Notes: generated from the sequence alone by a model not told the origin. Positions 47,839-59,282 are shown, numbered from the stretch's first letter. The stretch is 64,000 nt of DNA from an uncultured Candidatus Saccharibacteria bacterium (GCA_964550425.1 CAZJZB010000001.1:3509-67508); one strand, 5' to 3'. Numbers and translations: made by a program.

Positions 47839-49998
47839 ATGCGCCGCTTTACCATTCCACTCATTGTTCTCGCACTCGTCATAAGCGCGGCGGGCGTTGC
47901 GCCCGCCGCGCTTGCACAAACGTGTGAAGCGGGGTGTAAACTCGGCTCTCTTGAGGGTATAGAGCAATGCGTTTCTATCAACAATCCTTTAAAGTCCTGC
48001 GACGCAACGAAAGCTGCCGCCACCAAAGTCGCTGCAGAAAAGAACGCCAACGACCCCGCCAACGACCCTTCCTCCCAAATACCCCTCCCTTTTGGGGGTG
48101 GCGGCATCTTCGCCTCTGTCATGACGTTCCTTATGAGCATTTTCGCGTGGCTCTTGGGCGTGGCGATGGTGATGCTTGATTACTCGGTGCTCTACACTGT
48201 TATCAAGATGGGAAGTTATGTGAAAGCACTCCCCGCTATCGGTGTCGCCTGGAGCATCTTGCGCGACATTGGCAACATCACGCTCATATTCGGCTTTCTT
48301 GCCATCGGCATCTCGATCATTCTTAATACCGAGAAACTCGGCTACGGCAAAAAGATGCTCCCGATGCTTCTTGTCGCCGCCGTTTTTCTCAATTTCTCAC
48401 TGTTCATATCCGAAGCGGTCATTGACACGGGCAATCTCTTCGCGACCCAGTTCTACACGCAGATCAATGGCGGCATTCCGGCAGGGAATAAGTCAACTTC
48501 AAACGAAACCATCTCGGGCAAGATTATGTCCCAACTAGGGCTCCAGACCCTGTACGGTGCCGCGCTCAGTGAAGAACGAATTAAGAAAGAGATATTTAAA
48601 GAAGACAATATCGGGTTCATAAGCATTATGGGTATTTTGCTTTTCATCGTCGCGGCGTTCGTGATGTTCTCGCTCGCATTCATACTCATCGCGCGTTTCG
48701 TCGCGCTCATCTTCCTCATCATCCTTGCGCCTATCGGCTTTGCGGGGCTCGCGATACCACAGCTTGCTCCATCGGCGAAGAAGTGGTGGGACACGCTTTT
48801 TGAACAGACCATCACCGCGCCGATCCTATTGCTTCTTCTCTATATAGCTCTCCTTGTCATCACAAACGACAATTTCATATTTGATCCCATTGCCGGTAGC
48901 AAGCCGGATTATTTGGGATTTATTCAGGCCACAAACGGAACATTTAATTTACCCGGCCTAGCAAGCATCTTGCTTTCCTTCCTTGTCGCGATGGGGCTCC
49001 TACTCGCGGTTACTATTTTTTCAAAAAAGTTGGGCGCCTTCGGCGCCGACTGGGCGACGAAGACCGCTGGCAAACTCACCTTCGGTGCGACTGGTTTGGT
49101 CTTGCGCTCGACGGTCGGATTAGGGTCATATGCTGCTTCAAGGGCAATACGCTTAAGTAAAAATAAATATTACGGTAATAAAACAAAAGTCGGGCGCGTG
49201 CTTGCGGGAACATTCGATCGTGGGGCGAAAGCAAGTTTCGATGTACGCGGTGCTACAACGCTTGGCGGTCTAAAAGCGGCTGGCATTGAAGCCGGAGAGG
49301 CACAAAAAGGTGGATATCGCGAACGACAAGAAAAAGCTATTGAGTCGCACAAAAAGTACATCCAATCTGTTACTGCAGCTATTGATGAGCGCGGAGCAAC
49401 AAAAGAAGAGGAAGCAAAAATCGCAGCAGCGGAAGCAGCACAAAAGAGTGCACAAACGGCATATGAAACCGCGGAGGAAAAATACAAAACAGCGAAAGAG
49501 CAACTCGATCCACAAATTGCACAACAGAAGGCAGAAATCGAACGTCTTGAGAAAGAAAAGGATCGGAATGATAAATTCTTACCGCCAAATCCAGAAATTG
49601 AGCAAAAACTTAAGGATGCTCGACAGAATCTCTTGACAAGCACGATGAGTTTTGCAACCGAGAACGAGAAATTTAAAAAAGCGACCGGAGATTTTGAGAC
49701 CGCAAAAAAAGCAGTGATAGACGCAAACAGAGTTCCAAGCAAAAGGATTTCAGACGAGAAGAGAGATGCCCAACTAGGGCATGCTGAGAATATTAAGGGT
49801 TCATTGCCGGGCTTGGTAATGTTTGGTCCCGGCGGATCGCTAGCAGCTAAAAAGATCATTAAAGATGCGAAAAAGGATCAAGTAGCAATGGATCGTGACC
49901 GAATGAGAAAATTATTCGAAACAATGGATAAAGAACTAGGTGAGGAAAAGAAAGAGGAGAAGCATGAAGAGGAAGCATCCCAATCAAAGCATCTATGA
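47839..49998 (+). CDS. polytopic membrane protein with an N-terminal Cys-rich periplasmic segment and C-terminal charged coiled-coil tail (TrbL/VirB6-like topology)
   Basis: Signal peptide, four Cys in the first 60 aa, six or more TM helices, ~300-aa Lys/Glu-rich tail. Starts 3 nt after the previous stop. Confidence 0.45.
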   Translation: MRRFTIPLIVLALVISAAGVAPAALAQTCEAGCKLGSLEGIEQCVSINNPLKSCDATKAAATKVAAEKNANDPANDPSSQIPLPFGGGGIFASVMTFLMSIFAWLLGVAMVMLDYSVLYTVIKMGSYVKALPAIGVAWSILRDIGNITLIFGFLAIGISIILNTEKLGYGKKMLPMLLVAAVFLNFSLFISEAVIDTGNLFATQFYTQINGGIPAGNKSTSNETISGKIMSQLGLQTLYGAALSEERIKKEIFKEDNIGFISIMGILLFIVAAFVMFSLAFILIARFVALIFLIILAPIGFAGLAIPQLAPSAKKWWDTLFEQTITAPILLLLLYIALLVITNDNFIFDPIAGSKPDYLGFIQATNGTFNLPGLASILLSFLVAMGLLLAVTIFSKKLGAFGADWATKTAGKLTFGATGLVLRSTVGLGSYAASRAIRLSKNKYYGNKTKVGRVLAGTFDRGAKASFDVRGATTLGGLKAAGIEAGEAQKGGYRERQEKAIESHKKYIQSVTAAIDERGATKEEEAKIAAAEAAQKSAQTAYETAEEKYKTAKEQLDPQIAQQKAEIERLEKEKDRNDKFLPPNPEIEQKLKDARQNLLTSTMSFATENEKFKKATGDFETAKKAVIDANRVPSKRISDEKRDAQLGHAENIKGSLPGLVMFGPGGSLAAKKIIKDAKKDQVAMDRDRMRKLFETMDKELGEEKKEEKHEEEASQSKHL

Positions 49999-50693
49999 AC
50001 CAAGACCAACCAGAACTTACTTTTGATGAAAGCGTGAAGCAGGTAATGCAAAACCTGCCGCCGGTCATACGCGCTTATCTCGCGCAAGGGAAGTACACCA
50101 CGGTCGCAAAAAATCTTATGACTAAATACGGTCTTCGTGTTGACCAAGCGGGCGTTCTCGAGCGGGAGACCATGTTGCTTTTGATGGGTATAGAGAACCC
50201 GGACGAGTTCATGCAAACGCTCATTGAGGAAGCAAAACTGGATAAAAAAATCGTTGACGGCATCGTGCAGGATGTGAATATGCAGATTTTCATTCCCTTG
50301 CGGCAGGAAGAAATGAAAGGCGAGCGAATCCATTTGGAGAACAAAATTTCTCTTCATCCGGCGCTGGCGGCACCGCAAGCCGCTCCACATTCGCTCAAAG
50401 CTATTGGTGGCGCAGCGCATCTTGTCGCGATTGCGTCTCCAAAAGCACTAAACAACAAGATGCTTGAAGACCATGAAGAGCCGCACATTGAATTCACCAA
50501 CATGGCGCCGCCGCTACGAGCGCGAACCGCGCCCCCGCCGCCGAATCTCCCCGGCGCGATGCCGAGTGTAACAACAGCCAACAGCCAACCGTTACCTCCC
50601 AACAAAATTTCACAACCCCCTGTGCCGCCCCCTCGTCCACCAGTGAAGCCATATTCAATCGACCCTTATCGGGAGCCAATTGACGAGAAATAA
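49995..50693 (+). CDS. hypothetical protein with a Pro-rich C-terminus
   Basis: 4-nt overlap with the previous gene. Confidence 0.45.
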   Translation: MNQDQPELTFDESVKQVMQNLPPVIRAYLAQGKYTTVAKNLMTKYGLRVDQAGVLERETMLLLMGIENPDEFMQTLIEEAKLDKKIVDGIVQDVNMQIFIPLRQEEMKGERIHLENKISLHPALAAPQAAPHSLKAIGGAAHLVAIASPKALNNKMLEDHEEPHIEFTNMAPPLRARTAPPPPNLPGAMPSVTTANSQPLPPNKISQPPVPPPRPPVKPYSIDPYREPIDEK

Positions 50694-50740
50694 AAGAGAA
50701 ATGTGGATAACTGGCGGACGCAGATGTTATACTTGCGGTC

Positions 50741-51073
50741 ATGTTGACTCCTTCCGATAAAAAATTCCTGACAGAAAACTTCGCGACGAAGAAAGAGCTT
50801 AAAGAAGTGCGCGATAGTGTCGATCTCGTCCGACAAAAGCTTACGACATTGAGTATCGAGAGATTCGATTTCAACTCGCGGCTCGCCTCGATAGAGGCAT
50901 CTTCTTTTCGAACTGAAGAAAAGATTGATAAGTTGATAACTATTGGTGAAGGTAATGCTGGAAATATTGCTGACCTGCAACAGGAAAATAAGATGGGCGC
51001 CATCACGCTTCGCCGATATGGAATCCAAATCGGGGAGTTGGCAAAAGCGGCGAAAACGAAAATCTCCCGTTAG
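50741..51073 (+). CDS. hypothetical small coiled-coil protein
   Basis: ORF only. Confidence 0.4.
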   Translation: MLTPSDKKFLTENFATKKELKEVRDSVDLVRQKLTTLSIERFDFNSRLASIEASSFRTEEKIDKLITIGEGNAGNIADLQQENKMGAITLRRYGIQIGELAKAAKTKISR

Positions 51074-51110
51074 TTGCGTTCTCTCACGCCTTTCTATATA
51101 GTATCCATAT

Positions 51111-51130
51111 CCCGCGTTCGCGGGTTTTCT
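51111..51130 (+). terminator. short GC hairpin plus T-run immediately before rpsL
   Basis: CCCGCG-ttc-GCGGG-TTTTCT. Confidence 0.4.
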
Positions 51131-51132
51131 AA

Positions 51133-51546
51133 ATGGCAACAATCAATCAACTCTCCAAAAGAGGCCGAAAGGACCGGTCGCGCAAAACAAGCGTGCCCGC
51201 TCTTGCGCGCGGTTTTAATGCGCTCAAGAATCGCCCGACGTATTACGCTTCGCCTTTCAAGCGCGGCGTCTGCACGAAAGTGACTACAAAGACCCCAAGG
51301 AAGCCAAACTCCGCTATCCGTAAAATCGCCCGTGTGCGTCTCACTAACGGCATGGAAGTAACCGCTTATATCCCGGGCGAGGGACACAACCTGCAAGAAC
51401 ACTCGGTCGTATTGCTTCGCGGCGGGCGTGTGAAGGACGTCGGCGTTCAGTACACCGTCGTGCGCGGCAAACTCGATACCGCAGGTCTCGAGAAGCGCCG
51501 TCGCTCGCGCTCGCGCTACGGTGCCAAGCGCCCTGTGGCGAAATAA
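51133..51546 (+). CDS. rpsL: 30S ribosomal protein S12
   Basis: MATINQL... PKKPNSALRK. Confidence 0.95.
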   Translation: MATINQLSKRGRKDRSRKTSVPALARGFNALKNRPTYYASPFKRGVCTKVTTKTPRKPNSAIRKIARVRLTNGMEVTAYIPGEGHNLQEHSVVLLRGGRVKDVGVQYTVVRGKLDTAGLEKRRRSRSRYGAKRPVAK

Positions 51547-51619
51547 TCCCTCTAATGTATGAACATTATTCGGGATCTACGTGCGTGTAACATTCGAGGA
51601 CTCACTAACACTTACTAAG

Positions 51620-52084
51620 ATGCGACGCCCTCTTAAAAAGAAGCGCACATGGCGTCCGGACCTCAAGTACGGTTCGGAGACGCTCACTCGTTTTATCAAT
51701 GCCGTCATGTGGGACGGCAAAAAAGATACCGCGCGCGCAGTTGTGTATGGCGCGCTCGCCGAGATAGAAAAGGGTGGCGCCAACCCTTTGGAGACATTTG
51801 AATCAGCACTCCGGAACGTCTCGCCCTTGATGGAAGTCCGTTCGCGCCGCGTCGGCGGAGCGAACTATCAGGTTCCGCGCGAAGTTCCGCAGAATCGTCG
51901 TCTCGCACTCTCATTTCGTTGGCTTATTAACGCCGCCCGCGCCAAGAAAGGAAAGCCGATGGCAGAAAAACTCGCTACAGAACTTCTCCTCGCTGCAAAA
52001 AATGAAGGCGATGCGATAAAAAAGAAAGACGAGATGCACCGCATGGCCGAAGCCAACAAGGCGTTTGCCCATTTCGCGTGGTGA
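51620..52084 (+). CDS. rpsG: 30S ribosomal protein S7
   Basis: MRRP...PDLKYGSETLTRFINAVM...EVRSRRVGGANYQVP. Confidence 0.9.
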   Translation: MRRPLKKKRTWRPDLKYGSETLTRFINAVMWDGKKDTARAVVYGALAEIEKGGANPLETFESALRNVSPLMEVRSRRVGGANYQVPREVPQNRRLALSFRWLINAARAKKGKPMAEKLATELLLAAKNEGDAIKKKDEMHRMAEANKAFAHFAW

Positions 52085-52133
52085 TTTTGTAATCAAAATC
52101 ATCCTGAGGTTGTCGAAGGATTACTTTTAAATT

Positions 52134-54281
52134 ATGAATCGCGATTATCCGCTTGAGAAAGTTCGCAATTTCGGCATCATCGCGCACATTGATGCGGGGA
52201 AGACGACGACATCCGAGCGCGTCCTTTTCTATACGGGCAGCCAGCACAAGATCGGCGAAGTGCATGAGGGCGAGACGACGACCGACTGGATGGAGCAGGA
52301 GCGCGAACGCGGCATTACCATCACGGCCGCAGCCATTACGTGTTTCTGGGTGAAAACGGACGAGAAGGATAAAGTTGATACTTCTAAGAAATATCGTTTT
52401 AACGTCATTGATACGCCCGGACACATTGATTTCACCGCCGAAGTGAAGCGCTCTATGCGCGTGCTCGATGGTGCGATTGTCGTCTTTGACGGCGTTGCCG
52501 GCGTTGAGCCGCAGTCAGAGACCAACTGGCGGTATGCGGATGAGGCCGCAGTGCCGCGCGTCTGTTTCATTAACAAACTTGATCGTACGGGCGCATCTTT
52601 TGAAAATTCCTACGCGAGCATTCTCGATCGGCTTTCACCAAAAGCAATTCGCATGCAGATCCCAATCGGTGAGGAGGCGGCGCACGAGGGAGTCGTGGAC
52701 TTACTTACGATGAAGGCCTATACCTTCTCGGGAAATATGGGCGAAGAAGTTATTTGTGGCGAAGTTCCAGAGACGCTTCTTGAAGACGCGAAGAAATATC
52801 GCGCAGCACTCATTGAGCGCATCGTTGAGCAGGACGATACGATGATGGGTGCGTATCTCGAGGGTACAGAGCCAAGCGTCGAAGAATTGAAGGCGATTCT
52901 GCGCAAGGCGGTCACTCATAACGACATATTTCCGGTCTACTGCGGGAGCGCGCTCAAGAATAAAGGCGTGCAACTTGTGCTCGATGCTGTCGTTGATTAC
53001 TTACCATCACCGCTCGACCTCAAGCCCGCTACCGGCATAAATCCGAAGACGGGCGATCCGATTGAGCGTCATGCATCGGACGACGAGCCGTTCTGCGCGC
53101 TCGCTTTCAAGCTTCAGACCGATCCGTTCGTTGGCGCACTGACTTTCTTCCGTGTTTATTCAGGCACGATTGCTTCCGGCTCTTACATTTACAACTCAAC
53201 GACCGGTTCCAAGGAGCGTGTCGGCCGTATCGTGCGCTTGCAGGCGAACAAGCGCGAAGAAGTCGAGAAAGTGTTTACGGGCGAGATTGCCGCCGCTGTC
53301 GGTCTGAAGGATACGAAAACATCGCATACGCTCTGCGACGAGGCAAACCCAATCGTGCTTGAAGAAATAAAATTTCCAGAACCGGTGGTGTCTTTGCGCA
53401 TCGAACCGAAGACAAAAGCGGATCAGGAGAAAATGGGCGTTGCGCTCCGCAAACTCTCGGACGAAGATCCGACCTTCCGCATCAAGACCGACGAAGAAAC
53501 GAATGAGACAATCATTTCCGGCATGGGCGAGCTCCACCTTGAGATTCTCGTGGACCGTATGAAACGCGAATTCAATGTCGTCGCGGACGTGGGTAAGCCG
53601 CAGGTGGCGTATCGCGAGACGATTCTCGGTTCCTCCGAGGCCGAAGGCAAATACATCAAGCAGACCGGCGGTCGCGGCCAGTATGGTCATGTGAAGATCA
53701 AGATGAAGAAGATAGAGCCGGTAGATCCGGAGAAGAAGATATCGAAGAACGTTACGCGCGAAGATCATTTTGAATTCATCAACAACATTAAAGGCGGCGT
53801 CGTCCCGCAGGAATACATTCCGGCAGTTGAAAAGGGCGTGCGCGAGGCGATGGCGCGCGGATTTCTCGCCGGCTTTCCGATGGTTGATATTTCCATCGAG
53901 CTCTACGACGGCTCATACCACGATGTGGATTCTTCGGAAATCGCTTTCAAAATAGCTGCGTCTATGGCATTTAAAGAGGCCGCGCAAAAAGCCAAGCCCG
54001 TTATCCTCGAGCCGATCATGCGCATTGAGGTCATCGTGCCGGAGCAGTTCATGGGCGACATCACCGGAAATCTCTCCGGCAAGCGCGGCCAGATAGAGGG
54101 CATGGAAGAGCGTGGCATGAACAAAGTAGTGAAAGCGAAAGTGCCGCTCTCCGAAATGTTCGGCTACACCACGACACTCCGCTCCATGACCGAAGGCCGC
54201 GGGAGCATGACTATGGAGTTCGACCACTACGACACCGTGCCGAACAATGTCGCAGCCGATATTATTGCGTCCCGAAAGTAG
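52134..54281 (+). CDS. fusA: elongation factor G
   Basis: [21 protein letters not shown]; 715 aa. Confidence 0.95.
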   Translation: MNRDYPLEKVRNFGIIAHIDAGKTTTSERVLFYTGSQHKIGEVHEGETTTDWMEQERERGITITAAAITCFWVKTDEKDKVDTSKKYRFNVIDTPGHIDFTAEVKRSMRVLDGAIVVFDGVAGVEPQSETNWRYADEAAVPRVCFINKLDRTGASFENSYASILDRLSPKAIRMQIPIGEEAAHEGVVDLLTMKAYTFSGNMGEEVICGEVPETLLEDAKKYRAALIERIVEQDDTMMGAYLEGTEPSVEELKAILRKAVTHNDIFPVYCGSALKNKGVQLVLDAVVDYLPSPLDLKPATGINPKTGDPIERHASDDEPFCALAFKLQTDPFVGALTFFRVYSGTIASGSYIYNSTTGSKERVGRIVRLQANKREEVEKVFTGEIAAAVGLKDTKTSHTLCDEANPIVLEEIKFPEPVVSLRIEPKTKADQEKMGVALRKLSDEDPTFRIKTDEETNETIISGMGELHLEILVDRMKREFNVVADVGKPQVAYRETILGSSEAEGKYIKQTGGRGQYGHVKIKMKKIEPVDPEKKISKNVTREDHFEFINNIKGGVVPQEYIPAVEKGVREAMARGFLAGFPMVDISIELYDGSYHDVDSSEIAFKIAASMAFKEAAQKAKPVILEPIMRIEVIVPEQFMGDITGNLSGKRGQIEGMEERGMNKVVKAKVPLSEMFGYTTTLRSMTEGRGSMTMEFDHYDTVPNNVAADIIASRK

Positions 54282-54292
54282 CACAGAGCTTG

Positions 54293-54329
54293 CCCCGTTA
54301 GAAGCGAGTCCTCGAGCTTTCTAACGGGG
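54293..54329 (+). terminator. hairpin after fusA
   Basis: CCCCGTTAGAA-N15-TTCTAACGGGG. Confidence 0.6.
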
Positions 54330-54382
54330 ACATCATCGCGAGCCGGAAGTAATTTAACCGACACTTCGTGTCCATCAACTAG

Positions 54383-54420
54383 TATCCACAAAATACTGCT
54401 ATAGCAGGAAGTTATGGATA
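54383..54420. repeat. nested-palindrome dispersed repeat, copy 3
   Basis: TATCCACAAAATACTGCTATAGCAGGAAGTTATGGATA. Confidence 0.7.
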
Positions 54421-54489
54421 ACGGTTAATGTTCCTTAACATCGCCTCATATCTTCAGTATAGCGTGTGTATGTGTGGTATAATCCGCGC

Positions 54490-54783
54490 ATGAACCCGAC
54501 GCTTGAAGAGATATCGGAGAAAGCACGACCCGTATTTGAAAAATATGGTGTGAAGCGTGCGCGCATCTTCGGCTCCTATGCGCGTGGCGAGGCTCGTCTT
54601 GATAGCGACATTGACCTTCTCCTCGATTTTGAAAAACCACTCGGTTTTGAGTTTTATACTGTCCATGAAGAACTTGCGGAAAAGCTCGGTCGCGAGGTGG
54701 ATGTAGTGACCGAAGGAAATATGAATAAATTTCTCCGTCCGTACATCATGCCTGATGTACGTCCACTGTATGAAAAGCGATAG
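54490..54783 (+). CDS. MNT-type nucleotidyltransferase antitoxin (type VII TA)
   Basis: RIFGSYARGEARLDSDIDLL. Confidence 0.65.
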   Translation: MNPTLEEISEKARPVFEKYGVKRARIFGSYARGEARLDSDIDLLLDFEKPLGFEFYTVHEELAEKLGREVDVVTEGNMNKFLRPYIMPDVRPLYEKR

Positions 54784-55123
54784 TCCCTACATTGCACAGA
54801 TGCTCGAATGTGCTGCGAAGATAGGGCGATATGTCGGCGAGATGAGTTACGAAGAGTTTCTCAAAGATGAAAAAACACAGAGTGCAGTACTGATGCAATT
54901 GCAGCAGATGGGCGAAATGGCAAAGCGAGTTTCTGAGAAAACGAAAACCGAAGTCGATGTGCCATGGAAGAAAATTGCTGGTTTCCGAGATGTAGTCGCA
55001 CATGACTATGTAGATGTTGATCTTGAGAACGCGTGGAAGATAATTTCTCTCGATCTAACTCAAACCGAGGCACCACTCGTTGCATATCTTAAGGAGCACC
55101 CTCTTCCAGAAATTAAAAACTAG
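54770..55123 (+). CDS. HepT-like (DUF86) RNase toxin
   Basis: Rx4HxY motif (FRDVVAHDY); overlaps the MNT gene by 14 nt. Confidence 0.65.
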   Translation: MKSDSPYIAQMLECAAKIGRYVGEMSYEEFLKDEKTQSAVLMQLQQMGEMAKRVSEKTKTEVDVPWKKIAGFRDVVAHDYVDVDLENAWKIISLDLTQTEAPLVAYLKEHPLPEIKN

Positions 55124-55192
55124 GACATCAGATGTCCTAAATTCACTTTACCTTATCATCCCACTATAGGTTACGTTAAGGTAAAGTTGCCG
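55124..55192 (+). promoter_or_regulatory. two strong hairpins in the long tuf leader
   Basis: TAGGACATC-a-GATGTCCTA and ACTTTACCTTA-N21-TAAGGTAAAGT; a TCCGACTCGAGTCGGA palindrome lies at 55321. Confidence 0.4.
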
Positions 55193-55387
55193 GCCTTCCT
55201 AAATTACATCAAATATGTTGGTAGGGTAGTTGCATTTATAAGTGTGTTTGCGTATAGTAACCCCAACGCATCTTGGCGTCGCTCTTTGGCTTCCTGCTGT
55301 TATTAGTGGCGAGCCGGAGTGTATTTCCGACTCGAGTCGGATTATTAATTCGTGATTTCAAATTATTAGTTAGATTAACCGATCACT

Positions 55388-56587
<1,200 letters not shown>

Positions 56588-56606
56588 GTTACGGGCAGCT
56601 AACAAC

Positions 56607-57047
56607 ATGGCAACAGCGACGACAGCAAAGCCAAAAATATCAGCCAAAAAAGCACCAGCCAAGAGTGCAGAGGTGGCGCACGTTTCTACTCCCGTAGCCA
56701 AGCGGCCGAAGAAAAGTGCTGCACCTGTTGCTCCGGCCATAGAGCACAAGCTCCGTATCCGTGTCCGCGCCTACGAACACAAAATCCTGGACCTCTCAGT
56801 GAAGCAGATCATGGATACTGCGCTGCGCTTTGACGCGGTTGTCGTCGGCCCCGTGCCGTTGCCGACCGAAACCAAGCGTTGGACGGTGAATCGCTCCACG
56901 TTCGTCCACAAAGACGCGCGGGAGCAGTTCGAAATGCGCATCCATAAGCGTCTCATAGATATTCTGAACCCTTCGCCGAAGGTTATTGAGGCCCTCACGA
57001 ACCTCAATTTACCCTCCGGCGTCACTATCGACGTAAAGATGGTTTAG
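56607..57047 (+). CDS. rpsJ: 30S ribosomal protein S10 with a ~45-aa Lys/Ala-rich N-terminal extension
   Basis: S10 core LRIRVRAYEHKILD...HKDAREQFEMRIHKRLIDI. Confidence 0.9.
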   Translation: MATATTAKPKISAKKAPAKSAEVAHVSTPVAKRPKKSAAPVAPAIEHKLRIRVRAYEHKILDLSVKQIMDTALRFDAVVVGPVPLPTETKRWTVNRSTFVHKDAREQFEMRIHKRLIDILNPSPKVIEALTNLNLPSGVTIDVKMV

Positions 57048-57195
57048 CAGCGCTTCCAAAAACACAGCATCTACGTCGTTGCAGTTCCGAAAATTTCTTC
57101 CGTCGTACATTTGAGTACGCCTCCAGAAATTTTCGTCCCGCGCCTCGTATCTGCAGTATTTTTGAAACCGCTAAAATCCAAAAGATAGCCAAGAA

Positions 57196-57230
57196 AACAC
57201 ATAACCGCCCGCAGGGGCGGTTGTGTGTTT
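57196..57230 (+). terminator. rho-independent terminator after rpsJ
   Basis: AACACATAACCGCCC-gcag-GGGCGGTTGTGTGTTT. Confidence 0.7.
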
Positions 57231-57275
57231 CAGTAAAATCGCCTACTGTGCACAAGCAACACAGCCCATCCAATA

Positions 57276-59282
57276 TTGTGTTGTATGATAACGGACATGC
57301 GGCATTCGATTCTTTTCATACTCGGGATACTTCTTTTAATCCCTTCGGTTTCTGGCGCGGTTTCTTGTATCGATCTCGATCGCACCCTCTCCCTCAATAT
57401 GAAAGGAGATGATGTTGCCAAGTTGCAGGAATTCCTCCGCGACAATGCAGCATATACGGGGAAAATCGGTGGGAACTTCGGGCGCCTAACCGAAGCGGCG
57501 GTGAAAAGATGGCAGCAAGGAAAAGGCATTACTGCGACCGGTGCCGTCGGACCTCTCACCAGAAATGCAATGAGATGTTCCGCGCAGAAACAAACGTCAA
57601 ATTCTTCGCAGAAGGCGGGAATCGCAACAAAGAACTCCTCTCCCGGCACTCTTTCTCGTGGTGCTAAAGGACCTGATGTTTCCGAACTTCAGCGTTTCCT
57701 AATACAACAAGGATATCTCGCTGCGGGGAACGATTCCGGTTTTTTCGACGCGGCGACCGAAATGGCTGTACAGAAGTGGCAATCAAGTCACGGGCTCGTC
57801 TCACAGGGCTCTCCGGAGACGACCGGTTATGGCGCTGTCGGGCCCCGCACTAAGGCGGCAATTGCCGCCGCGCGCGCCAAGGGCAACACATCTTCTTCCA
57901 GCCCTAGTTTGTCTGGTTCGTCGCAACCATATACCCAATCCGAAGCCATCGCGCTTATTCGGAAGAGGATTATGCCATCAGTGGTCCAGATCCGATGCAC
58001 CGATCGTGATGGTGGGGAGGAATCAGCCATTGGTTCTGGAGTGTACACTTTTGATCCCGCCGCTAATAAGCCGATAGTTTTTACGAATGCCCATGTTGTA
58101 TTAGGGAGTGACGGTAAATTCCACGGATGCAATGTTTATTTTCCTATTGCATCTAACGGATCATTTTCCTTTTACGATTCTGTATATAGTGCAATGGAGG
58201 CAACACTCTATCATAATGTCGAGTCCCGTATTGACGGCGAAATTGTAAATGGAATCGATTCTGCGGTGTTGACACTAACCGCTCCGGGAGTCGATGCGCA
58301 GGGTCTCCAGTTCCCGTTCCCCCCAAAGCAGGAAGACGCAATCAAAGCGATAATTGAGCTCTGTCGTAAAACCGATCCCATCAATATCGGGGACGCTATC
58401 TACAATATTGGATATCCGGGGGTAGGAGGGTCGTCTCTTACGCTTTCGCAAGGAGTGGTTAGCGGTTTCCTGGGACGATTCAATGAAAAAATAAAAGTTT
58501 CAGCAGGTACTTTTTCGGGTAATTCCGGCGGTATCGCTATAGGGCAGGACAACATTTGCGAGTATGGCATTCCAACGTCAGGAATAACCGATGCACGGGT
58601 TGGCGGGAATATTGGATTTTTGCTCAGCTCTGCTTTCATCAATACCTTCACAGAAAATATGACGGGCAACTTGACATACTCCCCTCCCGATATTGCGTCA
58701 GATCCGAACACCTACCTCACCCGCACCTATGCATTTCCTGGTTTCAGCATGAGCTATCCGGAACTCTGGACGATATCGCAGGTAGCGCCCGATGCGGATG
58801 GTGATTGGGCGGTACGCTTCTCGCCGCCTTCCGAGGGCGTTTTGGATGCTTTCACTGAGTCAATAAACGTTACTATATTACCCAACTCAACCCAAGATGA
58901 TCTAGCGAAGGAAATTGCATATTTCAAGAACCTTGCCGTTACGCAAGACCCAACGGCCATAGAGGGAACCGTAATTCTCGGCGGAAGGGTTCAGGCGGAC
59001 AATATTTTCTACAGTGACACGACTTCTGGAAGGGAAGTTCTCACAAGGTTTACGATATTCCTAGAAAATGGGCATATATATACGATTAGCGTTCGTATTA
59101 GTCCAGACAGTCCCAATTACATGAAATATGGTCGGGTATCAAATAACATGCTCAAGTTGATCAAGTTTAATATCTTAGCGCAAATCAGACAGATTCTGCA
59201 GACCGCGAACGCACTTACCGCATTCGAAAGTTTCTTCAAAGCCCTGCAAAATGGTCTCAAGACAAAGTTGGTTGAGTATTAG
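57276..59282 (+). CDS. secreted protein with two peptidoglycan-binding (PGBD) domains and a trypsin-like serine protease domain
   Basis: Signal peptide; PGBD repeats (...DVAKLQEFL...GPLTRNAM; ...DVSELQRFL...GPRTKAAI); protease TNAHVV ... GNSGGIA. Confidence 0.7.
   Translation: MCCMITDMRHSILFILGILLLIPSVSGAVSCIDLDRTLSLNMKGDDVAKLQEFLRDNAAYTGKIGGNFGRLTEAAVKRWQQGKGITATGAVGPLTRNAMRCSAQKQTSNSSQKAGIATKNSSPGTLSRGAKGPDVSELQRFLIQQGYLAAGNDSGFFDAATEMAVQKWQSSHGLVSQGSPETTGYGAVGPRTKAAIAAARAKGNTSSSSPSLSGSSQPYTQSEAIALIRKRIMPSVVQIRCTDRDGGEESAIGSGVYTFDPAANKPIVFTNAHVVLGSDGKFHGCNVYFPIASNGSFSFYDSVYSAMEATLYHNVESRIDGEIVNGIDSAVLTLTAPGVDAQGLQFPFPPKQEDAIKAIIELCRKTDPINIGDAIYNIGYPGVGGSSLTLSQGVVSGFLGRFNEKIKVSAGTFSGNSGGIAIGQDNICEYGIPTSGITDARVGGNIGFLLSSAFINTFTENMTGNLTYSPPDIASDPNTYLTRTYAFPGFSMSYPELWTISQVAPDADGDWAVRFSPPSEGVLDAFTESINVTILPNSTQDDLAKEIAYFKNLAVTQDPTAIEGTVILGGRVQADNIFYSDTTSGREVLTRFTIFLENGHIYTISVRISPDSPNYMKYGRVSNNMLKLIKFNILAQIRQILQTANALTAFESFFKALQNGLKTKLVEY

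Noticed and set aside
55200-55387. Possible tRNA genes in the long tuf leader (tRNAs often precede tuf)
   Set aside because: No segment folds into a cloverleaf with matching acceptor and T-arm. Only simple palindromes are present.
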